From NCBI GenBank assembly GCA_017481235.1, contig JAFUPL010000046.1:1-55421 (forward strand): DNA of 55,421 bases, in the 5' to 3' direction. The stretch comes from Clostridia bacterium (GTDB lineage: Bacteria; Bacillota; Clostridia; Christensenellales; UBA1242). Both the position numbers and the translations under genes were made by a program. The notes beneath the pieces were generated by a model. The model did no database searches, was not told the DNA's origin, and was given only the letters and a program-made list of their open reading frames with translations. The stretch's first letter is position 1. Each line of letters starts with the position of its first letter. Positions 28,873-38,600 of the stretch are shown piece after piece.

Positions 28873-28937
28873 CAAATTTAATTAAATATTGTATTATTTT
28901 AATATTGTATTTATGCTAAAAGTGTTATTTTAACAAA

Positions 28938-28965
28938 ATTCTATCCATTGTAGATAGAATTTTTT
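28938..28965 (+). terminator. intrinsic terminator after gltX
   Basis: ATTCTATC-cattgta-GATAGAAT followed by TTTTT. Confidence 0.75.
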
Positions 28966-28990
28966 ATTAAATCAATTTTTAAAAACCCTA

Positions 28991-29019
28991 TTGACATAAT
29001 AATATATTTTTGTTATACT
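28991..29019 (+). promoter_or_regulatory. sigma-A type promoter for 29061-30104
   Basis: TTGACA, 17 nt, TATACT. Confidence 0.6.
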
Positions 29020-29060
29020 ACGCATAGAAAGCATATATATTTATTAATTAGGAGGTTAAT

Positions 29061-30104
29061 ATGAGTAAAAAAGGTTATAAAAAAGGAAGTGCAAGAATTG
29101 TAGCGGCCGGCATTGCGGCGGGTGCTATTACTTTTACACTTATTGGGGGGAGTATTGCATATAAATTAAAAAATCAACCTGAAAATCCTTATAATGAAGA
29201 TTTTGTTAGCGATATGTCTCCCAACAATCTTGTTGAAGAACCAACTATTGAAACTGAACCTAATTATGGAGACTATCAACCTGATGAAATTCTTCCAGAA
29301 TTGCAACAACCAATCATTCCAGACGACTCAAAAGTAGATGAAATGGGTGCTGAATTTGGTGATGTTTTAGCATTATTAACCCAAAAGTGTAAGGATTATA
29401 TTCAATCTACAACTGGTGGCAATGCCAACTCTTTAAAGGTTGCTAATTTTAATTCTATCAGTATTGACCGTTACACTGGCGAAGTTGCACTTGTTGGTCA
29501 ACTTACTATTGGTGACAAAATTAATAATTACGTTGTTACAATGGATAGCGAAAATGCTTCTCTTAGCATTTATGGTTTATCTACTGAGGTAACACCTCAA
29601 CAACTTATTGATGCAATGTATAAATATTTATCTAATAGCACTACCACTTTCACTCTTCAACTTAAGCAACATTTTACCCTTTCAAACGAAGCGGAAGTTA
29701 TTAACAACATGCTTCAAACTCGCCTTGATGAATTAAACGCACTTAATTCAACCAATCCTGAAGTTTTAGATGAAATCAATCACTTAAACACTTTACTTCA
29801 AGATAACGCTGATTTAAATTTAATAGTACTACAAAACCCTCGTGAAGAACTAGATAATGGTTATAACTATTCATTTAGCGCAAATCTTCATACTGGTAAG
29901 TATTTATACACATCTAATCATTCATTTACTTCAAATCGTGTACTTACCACCAGTGCATTAAAACTTAATATTGAGCAATGCTTAGATGATGTAAATAGTT
30001 ATGAAGTATCCGTGGTTGAAAGCAATGCCGTTAACCAAGCATTATATATTGTTAGCAAAAACTTTACTTCTAACAATAAAAATGAAAACACTTTATTAAA
30101 ATAA
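29061..30104 (+). CDS. N-terminally anchored extracytoplasmic protein, unknown function
   Basis: 347 aa. TM helix IVAAGIAAGAITFTLIGGSIAY, then an acidic/proline linker. AGGAGG SD lies upstream. Confidence 0.6.
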   Translation: MSKKGYKKGSARIVAAGIAAGAITFTLIGGSIAYKLKNQPENPYNEDFVSDMSPNNLVEEPTIETEPNYGDYQPDEILPELQQPIIPDDSKVDEMGAEFGDVLALLTQKCKDYIQSTTGGNANSLKVANFNSISIDRYTGEVALVGQLTIGDKINNYVVTMDSENASLSIYGLSTEVTPQQLIDAMYKYLSNSTTTFTLQLKQHFTLSNEAEVINNMLQTRLDELNALNSTNPEVLDEINHLNTLLQDNADLNLIVLQNPREELDNGYNYSFSANLHTGKYLYTSNHSFTSNRVLTTSALKLNIEQCLDDVNSYEVSVVESNAVNQALYIVSKNFTSNNKNENTLLK

Positions 30105-30105
30105 T

Positions 30106-30138
30106 AAAAAAATGACAACTTTTAGGTTGTCATTTTTT
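30106..30138. terminator. bidirectional terminator between 29061-30104 and LRR gene 1
   Basis: AAAAAA-ATGACAAC-ttttag-GTTGTCAT-TTTTT. Confidence 0.8.
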
Positions 30139-30155
30139 ATTGTTATCCACATATA

Positions 30156-32771
30156 TTAGTCAACTTTGTACCAATACACATCTGCGGTTAGCAATGCCGT
30201 TGCATTGGCACTACTTATGTCAGTTGTAAGTCCTTCAACTTCCGCACCATTGGTGTATCCATTCCAATCAGTTTCACTAGCAACCGTAAACCATGTGCTA
30301 GTATCTCCAAATTTAGCATTAACAAGTCCACTACCGCTAAATACATTTGTACCCATTTGAGTTACGCTTGCTGGGATAGTTACACTGGTTAAACTATAAC
30401 AATTATAAAAAGCACCATTTCTTATTGTTGTTAAACCGTTTGGCAAAGTTATACTTGCCAAACTTTTGCAATAATTAAATACATATGTTCTAATTATTTT
30501 TAATGTTGTTGGTAATTTTATATTTGATAAATTCGTACAACTACCAAACATATAATCATTTAAATATTCTAAACTTGTACCACTTAAATCAATACTTACA
30601 AGACCACATCCATTAAATACGCTGCCACCAGTATGTGTTAATTGTGAACATCTACTCATATCAACATTTATTAGATTAGTACAAGTATGGAATGCCGACC
30701 CAGCAATATAAGTCAAACTACTAGGCAATATAACACTAGTAAGTTGTGTACAACTATGGAATGCACCTGTACTTATATTTGTTAAACTTGTACAAGCACT
30801 TAAATCAACACTTGTTAATGACGCAAAGTCCTTAAATGCATTTTCGCCAATATTTTGCAATCCAAGTGGGAACTTAATACTTTCCAATGTTGTAGGGAAA
30901 ATTCCCGAAGGAATAGTAGTAATACTTGTATCGGTTAAATCAATTTCCTTTAAACTACTATAACTTGTAAACGCACCATCACTAATAGTAGTTAAAGTTT
31001 GAGGCAACTTAATACTTTGCAAACCAGTAGCACCCAAATCACCAATAGTAGCAATCTTAGTCCCACTCAAATCAATGTTGGTTAAACCAGGTATATAAAA
31101 AGCGTTAAATTCAATTGTAGTTAAATTTGTATATTTACTTAAATCTAAATTAAATAAGTTTGTACCAGAAAATGCAAAAGTTCCTATAGTTATTATATTT
31201 TTAGGTAAAATAATATTTGATAATTTAGCACAACCTTCAAAAGTATAAGTTTTTATTTGGGTTAAATTATCACAACTATTTAAGTTTATGCTGGTTAATT
31301 CCATACAACCTGAAAAGGCGTATTCCCCAATATTATTCACAGTAGATGGAATTATCACACTAATCAAACTAGAACAACCTGAAAAGGCATTATTTCCTAT
31401 CTCAGTTAAGTTTGCACACTTACTTAAATCAATATTTTTTAAGAACATACAATTAGAAAAAGCATAATCACCTATAGTTGTTACATTGTTCAAATTTGAT
31501 ATATTGGTTAAACTTGAACAACCCATAAATGCATTGTCGTCTATAGTTGTAACACTATATGGAAGAAGTACAGTAGTTAAACTTGTACAACCCATAAATA
31601 TTGAATCGCCAACAGTTTGCAACTTTAAACAATTACTTAAATCAATTTCTAACAATCCTTCACATTCATGGAACGCATATGTTGAAATTGTAGTTAAATT
31701 TTTACAATTACTTAAATCCAAACTAGTCAAATTATAATTTCTCATAAACGCATTAGCATTTATAGTTGTTAAATCTACACAACTTGAAACATCAACATTT
31801 GTAAGGGTATTGCCAAAAAATGCACTTTCACCTATTGTTGTAATAGTTGAAGGCAAATTCACACTAGTAAGACCCCCACTTATAAAAGCTTGATTTCCAA
31901 TACCAGTAACTGGCGCTTCGCCATTTGTGCCATCATCATATATTGTTGGTATTACTAAATCGGCAATGCCAGGATCATCTGTTACACTATAACTTCCATT
32001 GCTATAGGTCATACAACTGGTTGAATTTAGTGGGAAGTTATGGAAACGGGCAAATAGTGGTTCGCCTTGGGTTTCGCGTGGAAAGGTAGCAAGTTTAGTA
32101 AAGTTTTCGTCCAAGAACCATGCGTCAAAGTTGTAGCCTGTAGGCGCGGTTGGTGTTGCTGGTTCTGGCAAATCTTGACCTTTAACAATAGTTTCGGTTG
32201 TGGTTACGCCATTGACGGTGTAACTAATTGTGCCCGCATTACCAAAGTTCCAAGAAATAGTTGTAGTAAAGTTAAGTGGAAGAGTTGCATCACTTGGAGA
32301 TACAAGCACGTAAATATAAATATCCGCGTCCTTAGTGTCGATAGTTTGAGCCTCAAACTTAGTTTGCGAAGTTGTTGTGCTATCAAAAGTTAGCGGAGTG
32401 CTTGAATACACATAACTAATATCAACACCTTCAATTTCTTGCATTGATTGCAAGGTTACCGCCATAGTTTGTTCTACGTTGCTAGGTCTACCAAATATAT
32501 ATTCATACGCCTTAACTGTAGCGGTATTCTCCGTAGCCATAGAACTTGGCATATAGTTAAAATCAATTGTTGTTTGATTTGTTCCAACCAATTCGATTTG
32601 ACCCGCTTGATAGGTGTAAGTGGTAGGTTTTTGCACATTTCCCTTATCCAATGCTGGAGTTGTAGGAGTTGAATTATCTGTTTTTTGAATGCAAATAATA
32701 CCTGTAACAAGCGCAACAAGCATTGCTACAAATACACTTACACTTAATATGATTTTCTTTTTTATACCCAT
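30156..32771 (-). CDS. BspA-type leucine-rich-repeat surface protein, paralog 1 (871 aa)
   Basis: N-terminal signal-anchor helix and a beta-rich domain. PTAPTGYNFDAWFLDENFTKLATFP is a Listeria-Bacteroides/InlB B-repeat-like segment. Then many repeats of the type IG..AF..C..LTSI.LP.S(L/V)T.I. Confidence 0.8.
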   Translation of the reverse strand: MGIKKKIILSVSVFVAMLVALVTGIICIQKTDNSTPTTPALDKGNVQKPTTYTYQAGQIELVGTNQTTIDFNYMPSSMATENTATVKAYEYIFGRPSNVEQTMAVTLQSMQEIEGVDISYVYSSTPLTFDSTTTSQTKFEAQTIDTKDADIYIYVLVSPSDATLPLNFTTTISWNFGNAGTISYTVNGVTTTETIVKGQDLPEPATPTAPTGYNFDAWFLDENFTKLATFPRETQGEPLFARFHNFPLNSTSCMTYSNGSYSVTDDPGIADLVIPTIYDDGTNGEAPVTGIGNQAFISGGLTSVNLPSTITTIGESAFFGNTLTNVDVSSCVDLTTINANAFMRNYNLTSLDLSNCKNLTTISTYAFHECEGLLEIDLSNCLKLQTVGDSIFMGCTSLTTVLLPYSVTTIDDNAFMGCSSLTNISNLNNVTTIGDYAFSNCMFLKNIDLSKCANLTEIGNNAFSGCSSLISVIIPSTVNNIGEYAFSGCMELTSINLNSCDNLTQIKTYTFEGCAKLSNIILPKNIITIGTFAFSGTNLFNLDLSKYTNLTTIEFNAFYIPGLTNIDLSGTKIATIGDLGATGLQSIKLPQTLTTISDGAFTSYSSLKEIDLTDTSITTIPSGIFPTTLESIKFPLGLQNIGENAFKDFASLTSVDLSACTSLTNISTGAFHSCTQLTSVILPSSLTYIAGSAFHTCTNLINVDMSRCSQLTHTGGSVFNGCGLVSIDLSGTSLEYLNDYMFGSCTNLSNIKLPTTLKIIRTYVFNYCKSLASITLPNGLTTIRNGAFYNCYSLTSVTIPASVTQMGTNVFSGSGLVNAKFGDTSTWFTVASETDWNGYTNGAEVEGLTTDISSANATALLTADVYWYKVD

Positions 32772-32824
32772 ATCTTATCCCCCGCAATTATTACAAAAAA
32801 TAACAATTGTCCCTTAATACATTT

Positions 32825-32853
32825 ATTTTAACAATTTCCTTTATAAAAGTCAA
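32825..32853 (-). promoter_or_regulatory. conserved extended -10 promoter of LRR gene 1
   Basis: Minus strand reads TTGACT (32853-32848), 17-nt spacer ending in TGT, then TAAAAT (32830-32825). The same layout occurs at 39629-39657 and 52673-52701. Confidence 0.6.
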
Positions 32854-32879
32854 AACATTTGTAATAGTTTTTGCTATTT

Positions 32880-32886
32880 TGTCGAA
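32880..32886 (+). promoter_or_regulatory. perfect Spo0A-box heptamer TGTCGAA, 26 nt upstream of the LRR-1 -35 element
   Basis: The exact heptamer sits in ATTTTGTCGAAAAATATTT. Confidence 0.45.
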
Positions 32887-32974
32887 AAATATTTAACCAA
32901 ATTCACACATACAAAACTTATTATGTTTGCAAGGTCAACATGTTGATATATTTAAAACATTATCCTATTGAATG

Positions 32975-33042
32975 GGCGAAGCGCGCAACCACGTTGCACA
33001 AAATGCGAATGCATTTCAAGAAACTATTGTTTCTGCTTCGCC
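32975..33042. other. 68-nt four-way-junction (mini-cloverleaf) element, copy A
   Basis: Closing stem GGCGAAGC/GCTTCGCC (32975-32982 with 33035-33042). Hairpins GCAAC-cac-GTTGC (32985-32997), AAATGC-gaat-GCATTT (33001-33016) and AGAAAC-tatt-GTTTCT (33019-33034). Confidence 0.7.
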
Positions 33043-33255
33043 ACAAATCATACAATTGAACATGGTATATGCCTAAAATAAAAAATTAAGCGAATTAATC
33101 ACTTAATTTATCATTTATTTAATTTTGTAATATTAAAACTCATAGCATGCCAACGATTTGATTAATTATCTATAATATTAATTGCTATATTTAACCTTTA
33201 AGCCAGATACATTCCACTCCCAACTAATGTCGCTCGGTCGGTATGACATAAGACT

Positions 33256-33855
33256 TTACTTAGTTTCGTCCAAATATGTTGCCATCATATCCGCGGTATG
33301 AAAAATCATTGCATTAGGAAACTTGTAATACGCGTCCGCCAAACCATATGAACCGCCTCGCACTCTATCGTCAAAACCGCCTCCATGCCAATTGATTGCC
33401 ATCGCTTCTTCGCGAGTAAGTTTGATAAAACTTCCCACAATATACACCGACTTTTCACCATGACCATAAGGCAATCTATCTTCAATGCTATAATATGGAA
33501 CTTGTATCCATTGCCCATCAACCTTTACATTGCGGTAATCAACCTTGTAAAAATCTACCTTACACACATCATGCAAAAGTGCAATAATTGCCACACTTTC
33601 CATTGAAATTTTACTAGTAAAATCATCACCGTATTCCATAGTCAAAAGTCGAACATAGCGGTCAAAAACTTTTAAACTATGCTCACACAATCCACCCTCA
33701 AACGCCGAATGGAATTTGCTTGATGCTGGCGCGGTAAAAAAGTCGCTATTAATCAACCAATCCAACAAATTGCCCGCACCCTCACGCGTGATATATTTAT
33801 TAAAAATTTCAATAAATTTTTCTTGATTTTCTTCCAATTCTTTTTCGTCTAACAT
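33256..33855 (-). CDS. HD-domain phosphohydrolase
   Basis: 199 aa. H...HD pattern (FHSAFEGGLCEHS, ALLHDVCK, GHGEKS, NWHGG, HTADMMA). Confidence 0.7.
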   Translation of the reverse strand: MLDEKELEENQEKFIEIFNKYITREGAGNLLDWLINSDFFTAPASSKFHSAFEGGLCEHSLKVFDRYVRLLTMEYGDDFTSKISMESVAIIALLHDVCKVDFYKVDYRNVKVDGQWIQVPYYSIEDRLPYGHGEKSVYIVGSFIKLTREEAMAINWHGGGFDDRVRGGSYGLADAYYKFPNAMIFHTADMMATYLDETK

Positions 33856-34053
33856 AATTTTTTCCTATTTTAAATATTTTTTTATTTGCCTAATTTATTT
33901 TAATAATTATTTTTAATTTTATTTAATCGCATGTATTTAAATATTTTTTATATTTATTTTTTTATATTTATTTAATTTTATTTTGAAAACATTGCTTAAA
34001 AATAGTATTTTATTTAAATAATTTTATTTTTTTATTATTTTTAAAATTAAACA
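33856..34053. other. extreme-AT spacer between hisS and the HD-hydrolase gene
   Basis: About 200 nt that are nearly free of G/C. It shares an exact AAAATAATTATTAAAA 16-mer (in inverted orientation) and the TTTGCCTA block with 54638-54807, and TTGCTTAAAA with 24921-25200. Confidence 0.5.
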
Positions 34054-35292
34054 TTATTTAAATTTTCTAATTTCAAAATCATTCATATTAATATAACCAT
34101 CAAAGTTTGCAAACTTTAATTTTTCTAACATCGAGTTCATATTTTTAGGTCTTAAATATGTTGATACAGCATATCTATCCATCAAAACTTGCTTTTTATC
34201 CAGCACTCTTGTGTACGAGTCTTCCTTATCATAAATTAGTGCAATTTTCAGTTTATCTTTTTTCATTTTGCCTTGCTCACTTAGTATGATTAACACGCGT
34301 TCAAATCCAATCGAAAAACCAACCGCTGGAACATCAATTCCAATAAGTTTGCCAACCATTTTGTCGTAACGACCGCCACCACCAATAGCACCTTTAAATC
34401 CTTCGGCATATGCTTCGTAAATTGTGCCAGTGTAGTAACCTTGACCACGAATAATTGATAGGTCAAATTCACATTTTGCTTTATATCCTACAACCTCGTT
34501 AACGGTGTTAATAATTGTTTGGATATCTTCAATGTCTTTAGCGTCCGCGCCATATTTAATCGCCTTACATAGCCCACCAAGTTTAATATCCTCAATTGCG
34601 TCCATTAATTTAGATGTATAGATTGTTTGGCAAGTCTTTTGTGCAATTTCTTCCTCAACCCCACTAATGCCAATCTTGTCAAGTTTATCTAGCGAGATAC
34701 ATATTGAGTTGATATCTTCATCTTTAAATCCACAATGTTTAATGATAGAGTTCAATATCTTACGACTGTTCACCTTTATAGTTACATATTCAAGTCCAAG
34801 ACTAATAAGGGTGTTGATTGATGTAAGTATAATCTCAGTTTCCGCATTGATGCTACTATCACCAAATATATCAATGTCGCATTGGATAAATTGACGATTA
34901 CGTCCCTTTTGTGGACGCTCCGCCCTAAATGAATGCCCAATTTGGATTGCCTTAAATGGATTAGGTAATTTTTCACGATTGCATGCGTAAAACCTAGCAA
35001 GAGGCACGGTAAGGTCGTAACGTAAACCCTCTTCCACAATATCCTTTTCACATAGATTTGGTTTGGTTAAATCAAGTTTGTCACCACGCTTAATTGTCTT
35101 AAACATAAGGCGAAGATTATCCCCACCTTCACTACTATCAAGTAACGACAAATTTTCAAGTATTGGCGTTTCAATCAATGTAAATCCATTGTCTTGATAA
35201 CTACGCAATATCTTTTGCTTAATAATCTCACGATTTTCCGCCTCAATTGGAGGATAATCATATGTCCCACGTACGGGCGTAACTACTTTCAT
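34054..35292 (-). CDS. hisS: histidine--tRNA ligase
   Basis: 412 aa. RGTYDYPP, motif 2 FRAERPQKGRNRQFIQCDIDIFG, and motif 3 GGGGRYD. Confidence 0.92.
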   Translation of the reverse strand: MKVVTPVRGTYDYPPIEAENREIIKQKILRSYQDNGFTLIETPILENLSLLDSSEGGDNLRLMFKTIKRGDKLDLTKPNLCEKDIVEEGLRYDLTVPLARFYACNREKLPNPFKAIQIGHSFRAERPQKGRNRQFIQCDIDIFGDSSINAETEIILTSINTLISLGLEYVTIKVNSRKILNSIIKHCGFKDEDINSICISLDKLDKIGISGVEEEIAQKTCQTIYTSKLMDAIEDIKLGGLCKAIKYGADAKDIEDIQTIINTVNEVVGYKAKCEFDLSIIRGQGYYTGTIYEAYAEGFKGAIGGGGRYDKMVGKLIGIDVPAVGFSIGFERVLIILSEQGKMKKDKLKIALIYDKEDSYTRVLDKKQVLMDRYAVSTYLRPKNMNSMLEKLKFANFDGYINMNDFEIRKFK

Positions 35293-35404
35293 ATTCTACC
35301 TCTATTTAAATTTTTTCAATTAATAAATGTCATACCAACCAAGTGGCAATGCCACGCGTAGAGTACATCTCCGTCATTGAGTATTTTTCACACATTCAAT
35401 ATTT

Positions 35405-35433
35405 ATTATAAATAATTATCCCACCCTTGTCAA
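35405..35433 (-). promoter_or_regulatory. consensus sigma-A promoter for hisS
   Basis: Minus strand reads TTGACA (35433-35428), 17 nt, TATAAT (35410-35405). The leader is about 110 nt. Confidence 0.65.
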
Positions 35434-35550
35434 CCACTTAACTAAATTTAACCATACCTAAATAAAAATCATAAAGTATATTCTTCCAATACGACACCAT
35501 GATATCAGATTTAAATAATAATTATATTTAACTCCAACTACTCGCATAAC

Positions 35551-35584
35551 AAAAAAGCAACATCTTAAAGATATTGCTCTTTTT
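35551..35584 (-). terminator. intrinsic terminator after LRR gene 2
   Basis: Minus strand reads AGCAATATC-tttaa-GATGTTGCT plus TTTTTT. The one G-U pair exists only in the minus-sense RNA. Confidence 0.7.
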
Positions 35585-35600
35585 ATGTTATTTAGTTTAT

Positions 35601-38600
35601 TCATGGTAATGTTGTATAAACATTATCTGCATAATATGATACATAAGTACGTCCACTATCAAGGATTCCAGCAACAAAACTGAAATTTGATAAATTATAT
35701 ACTGTTTTTAAATTTGTACATCCATAGAAAGCATAATCCGATATTTTTGTTACATTGGATGGGATTGTTATACTTGTTAAACTACTACATCCCCAAAAAG
35801 CATTCTTCCCTATCGTTGTTAAATTATTACATTTGCTTAAATCTACACTTGTTAAATTGATACATTGGTAGAATGTATAATTTCCTATCATTGTTGTTCT
35901 ACTATCTAGGGTGATACTTGTTTTAGTTTTATCACTTAAACGTAGCGCTATATAATCTGTTTCACTATTTTTATAATAATCTACTCCATCTATGGTTACT
36001 AACTTACTTTCATCTCTTGGTCCATTTACTACTATAGCGGCATAATATGCTACATATCCATTTAAGGAACTTCCCGCTTTTATATTCAAACTGGATAAAT
36101 TATATATCTCTACCAAATTATTACATTTGTCAAACGCCTGACTATCTATTGTTGTTAAACTTGAAGGTAGGGTTATGCTGTTTAAATTATAACATTGATA
36201 GAAAGAACATTTATCTATTGTAACTAAATTTGCACAATTACTTAAGTCAATGTTTATTAATTTAGTATAATTATAAAATGCGTATTTATTAATTGATATT
36301 GTTCTATCATTTAATGTAACATGTGTTTTAGTTATATCTACTAATCCGATTGCTATATAACTACTATCACTCTCCTTATAATACCTTACTCCATCTATTG
36401 TTGTAAATTTACTTTCTTCTAAACTAGTATACACTTGTAAGGCATAACAACCAACATATCCATTATCTTCACTTCCTTGAGTTATAGTTAAATTTGATAA
36501 GTTAAATACTTCTGCTAATGCATAACAATATTGGAAAGCATTATTCCCTATACTTATTATACTGCTTGGAATTGTTATACTTGTCAAACTGTAACATTGA
36601 TTAAATGTATTACTTTCTATAGTTGTTATTCCTTCTGGAATTGTTATACGTTTTAATGTTTGACAATTTTTAAACGCACCCGCTCCGATACTTGTTACAC
36701 TTGATGGTATATTTACACTGATTAAATTATGACAACTAGCGAAAGTAGAGGCTCCTATTGTTTTTAAACTTGTACAATTTGTTAAATTTACATATGCTAA
36801 GTTGTCACAATATGAAAAACACTCTCTCTCAATTGTTGTTAAATTTATACAATTACTCAAATCCACATTAATCAAACTTGTACAACCACTAAAAGTATTT
36901 TCATCTATAATATTCAAATTTTTACAACCACTCATATTTACACTTATTAATGCGCTGCAATCGCTGAATAAATATCTTCCTGTTATAGTCAAATTTGCAC
37001 AACTGCTAATGTCTATACTTTTTAAAATTTGATTTTTGTGAAAAGCATAATTTCTTATTAAAGTTGTTCTACTATCTAGGGTGATTCTTGTTTTTGTATT
37101 ATCACTTAAACGTAGGAATCTATAATCTGTATCACTATATTTATAATAATCTACTCCTTCTATGGTTACTAACTTACTTTCATCTCTTTCATGTTTTGCT
37201 ACCACTCCAGCATAATATGCCAAATATGAATTCCTTGTATCTTGTTCTCCTTGCTCAAAAGATATACTAGATAAATTATATACCTCTGCCAAATTATAAC
37301 AACAATGAAAAGCACCCATACCTACGCTAGTTACATTTTCTGGAATTGTTATATTTGTTATATTGCCACATTGATAGAAAGCATTACTTCCTATTGTTGT
37401 TAAACTATTTGGCAAAGTTATAGTTGATAAAGCACTACAATATTGGAAAGTATATGTTCCTGTGTTTGTAATAGTATTTGGAAGTTGGGCATTGGTTAGA
37501 CCTGAGCAATAACTAAATAAGTAACCAGGTAGTGTGGTTATGCTGGTACATTTGCTTAAGTCAGCCTTAATTAAACTTGCATTGTTAGCAAAGGCATAAG
37601 GACCAAGGGCTGTTATTGAACTTGGTAATACAACATTGGTGATTGTGGTGTATCTAAATGCTTGGTTACCAATTGTGGTTAAACTGGTGCATTTGCTCAA
37701 ATCTCCAACTGACGATAGTTTTGCGTAAGAGAAAGCATTGATACCAATACTAATTAGGTCAGTACATTTACTTAAATCACCTACTGAGGTTAGTTGTGTG
37801 CAATTATAGAATGCATATTTACCTATTGAAGTAACTTTGGTTGGGATAATAGTTTTAATTAAACTTGAACATTTATTAAATGCATAGTCGCCTAATGTGG
37901 TAAGTTCGTTAGGCAATACTAGATAGGTAAGACTGGTACAACTATCAAAAGCATTTGCGCCAATAGTGGTTACATTTTTAGGAATATTAATGCTATACAA
38001 ACTGCTACAATTACGGAATGCACTTGCTCCTATACTTGTTAAACTAGCACAACCATTTAAATTAATATCTTCAAGCGCCACGCAATTGTAAAACGCATTT
38101 GCCCCAATACTATCAATCCCGTAAGGCATTGTAATACCCGTCAAACTGCTACAACCATAAAACGCACTATCTCCAATACTGGTTATACCACTATGTAAAC
38201 CAACCTCTTGCAAATTTTCACAACCATAAAACGCACGACCTCCAATACTGGTCAAGTTTTTACAATTACTTAAATCAATACTAATTAAATTATTACAATT
38301 AGAGAAAGCATCATTTCCAATAGTTTCCACACTACTAGGAATGGTTATACTTGTAAAAATATCACAAGCAGCGAAAGCAGAATCTCCTATCGTTGTTAGA
38401 TTAGTACAACTAGTTAGGTCTATACTTGTTAAACCACACCAATCGAATGCATAATCTCCTATTGTTGTTAGATTAGTACAACTAGTTAGGTCTACACTTG
38501 TTAAACTAGAATTATCGAAAGCATAATCTCCTATTGTTGTTATAGTGCATGGCATTGACACACTAGTTATGTCACACCCCGTCGTCATATCATCACTAAA

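Noticed and set aside
30143-30151. A perfect DnaA box, TTATCCACA.
   Set aside because: It is a single isolated box between a terminator and the LRR-1 stop codon. There is no cluster, no adjacent AT-rich unwinding element and no dnaA or dnaN gene nearby.
32871-33059. A 62-aa plus-strand ORF covering the LRR-1 upstream region.
   Set aside because: It spans the Spo0A box, a palindrome and mini-cloverleaf A. It has no SD, and its basic, low-complexity translation looks like a consequence of the structured DNA rather than a gene.
35293-35404. A possible T-box leader upstream of hisS.
   Set aside because: The leader is only about 110 nt, it has no GGTGGTACC-type T-box sequence (only TGGTTGGTATGAC), and there is no terminator/antiterminator pair.
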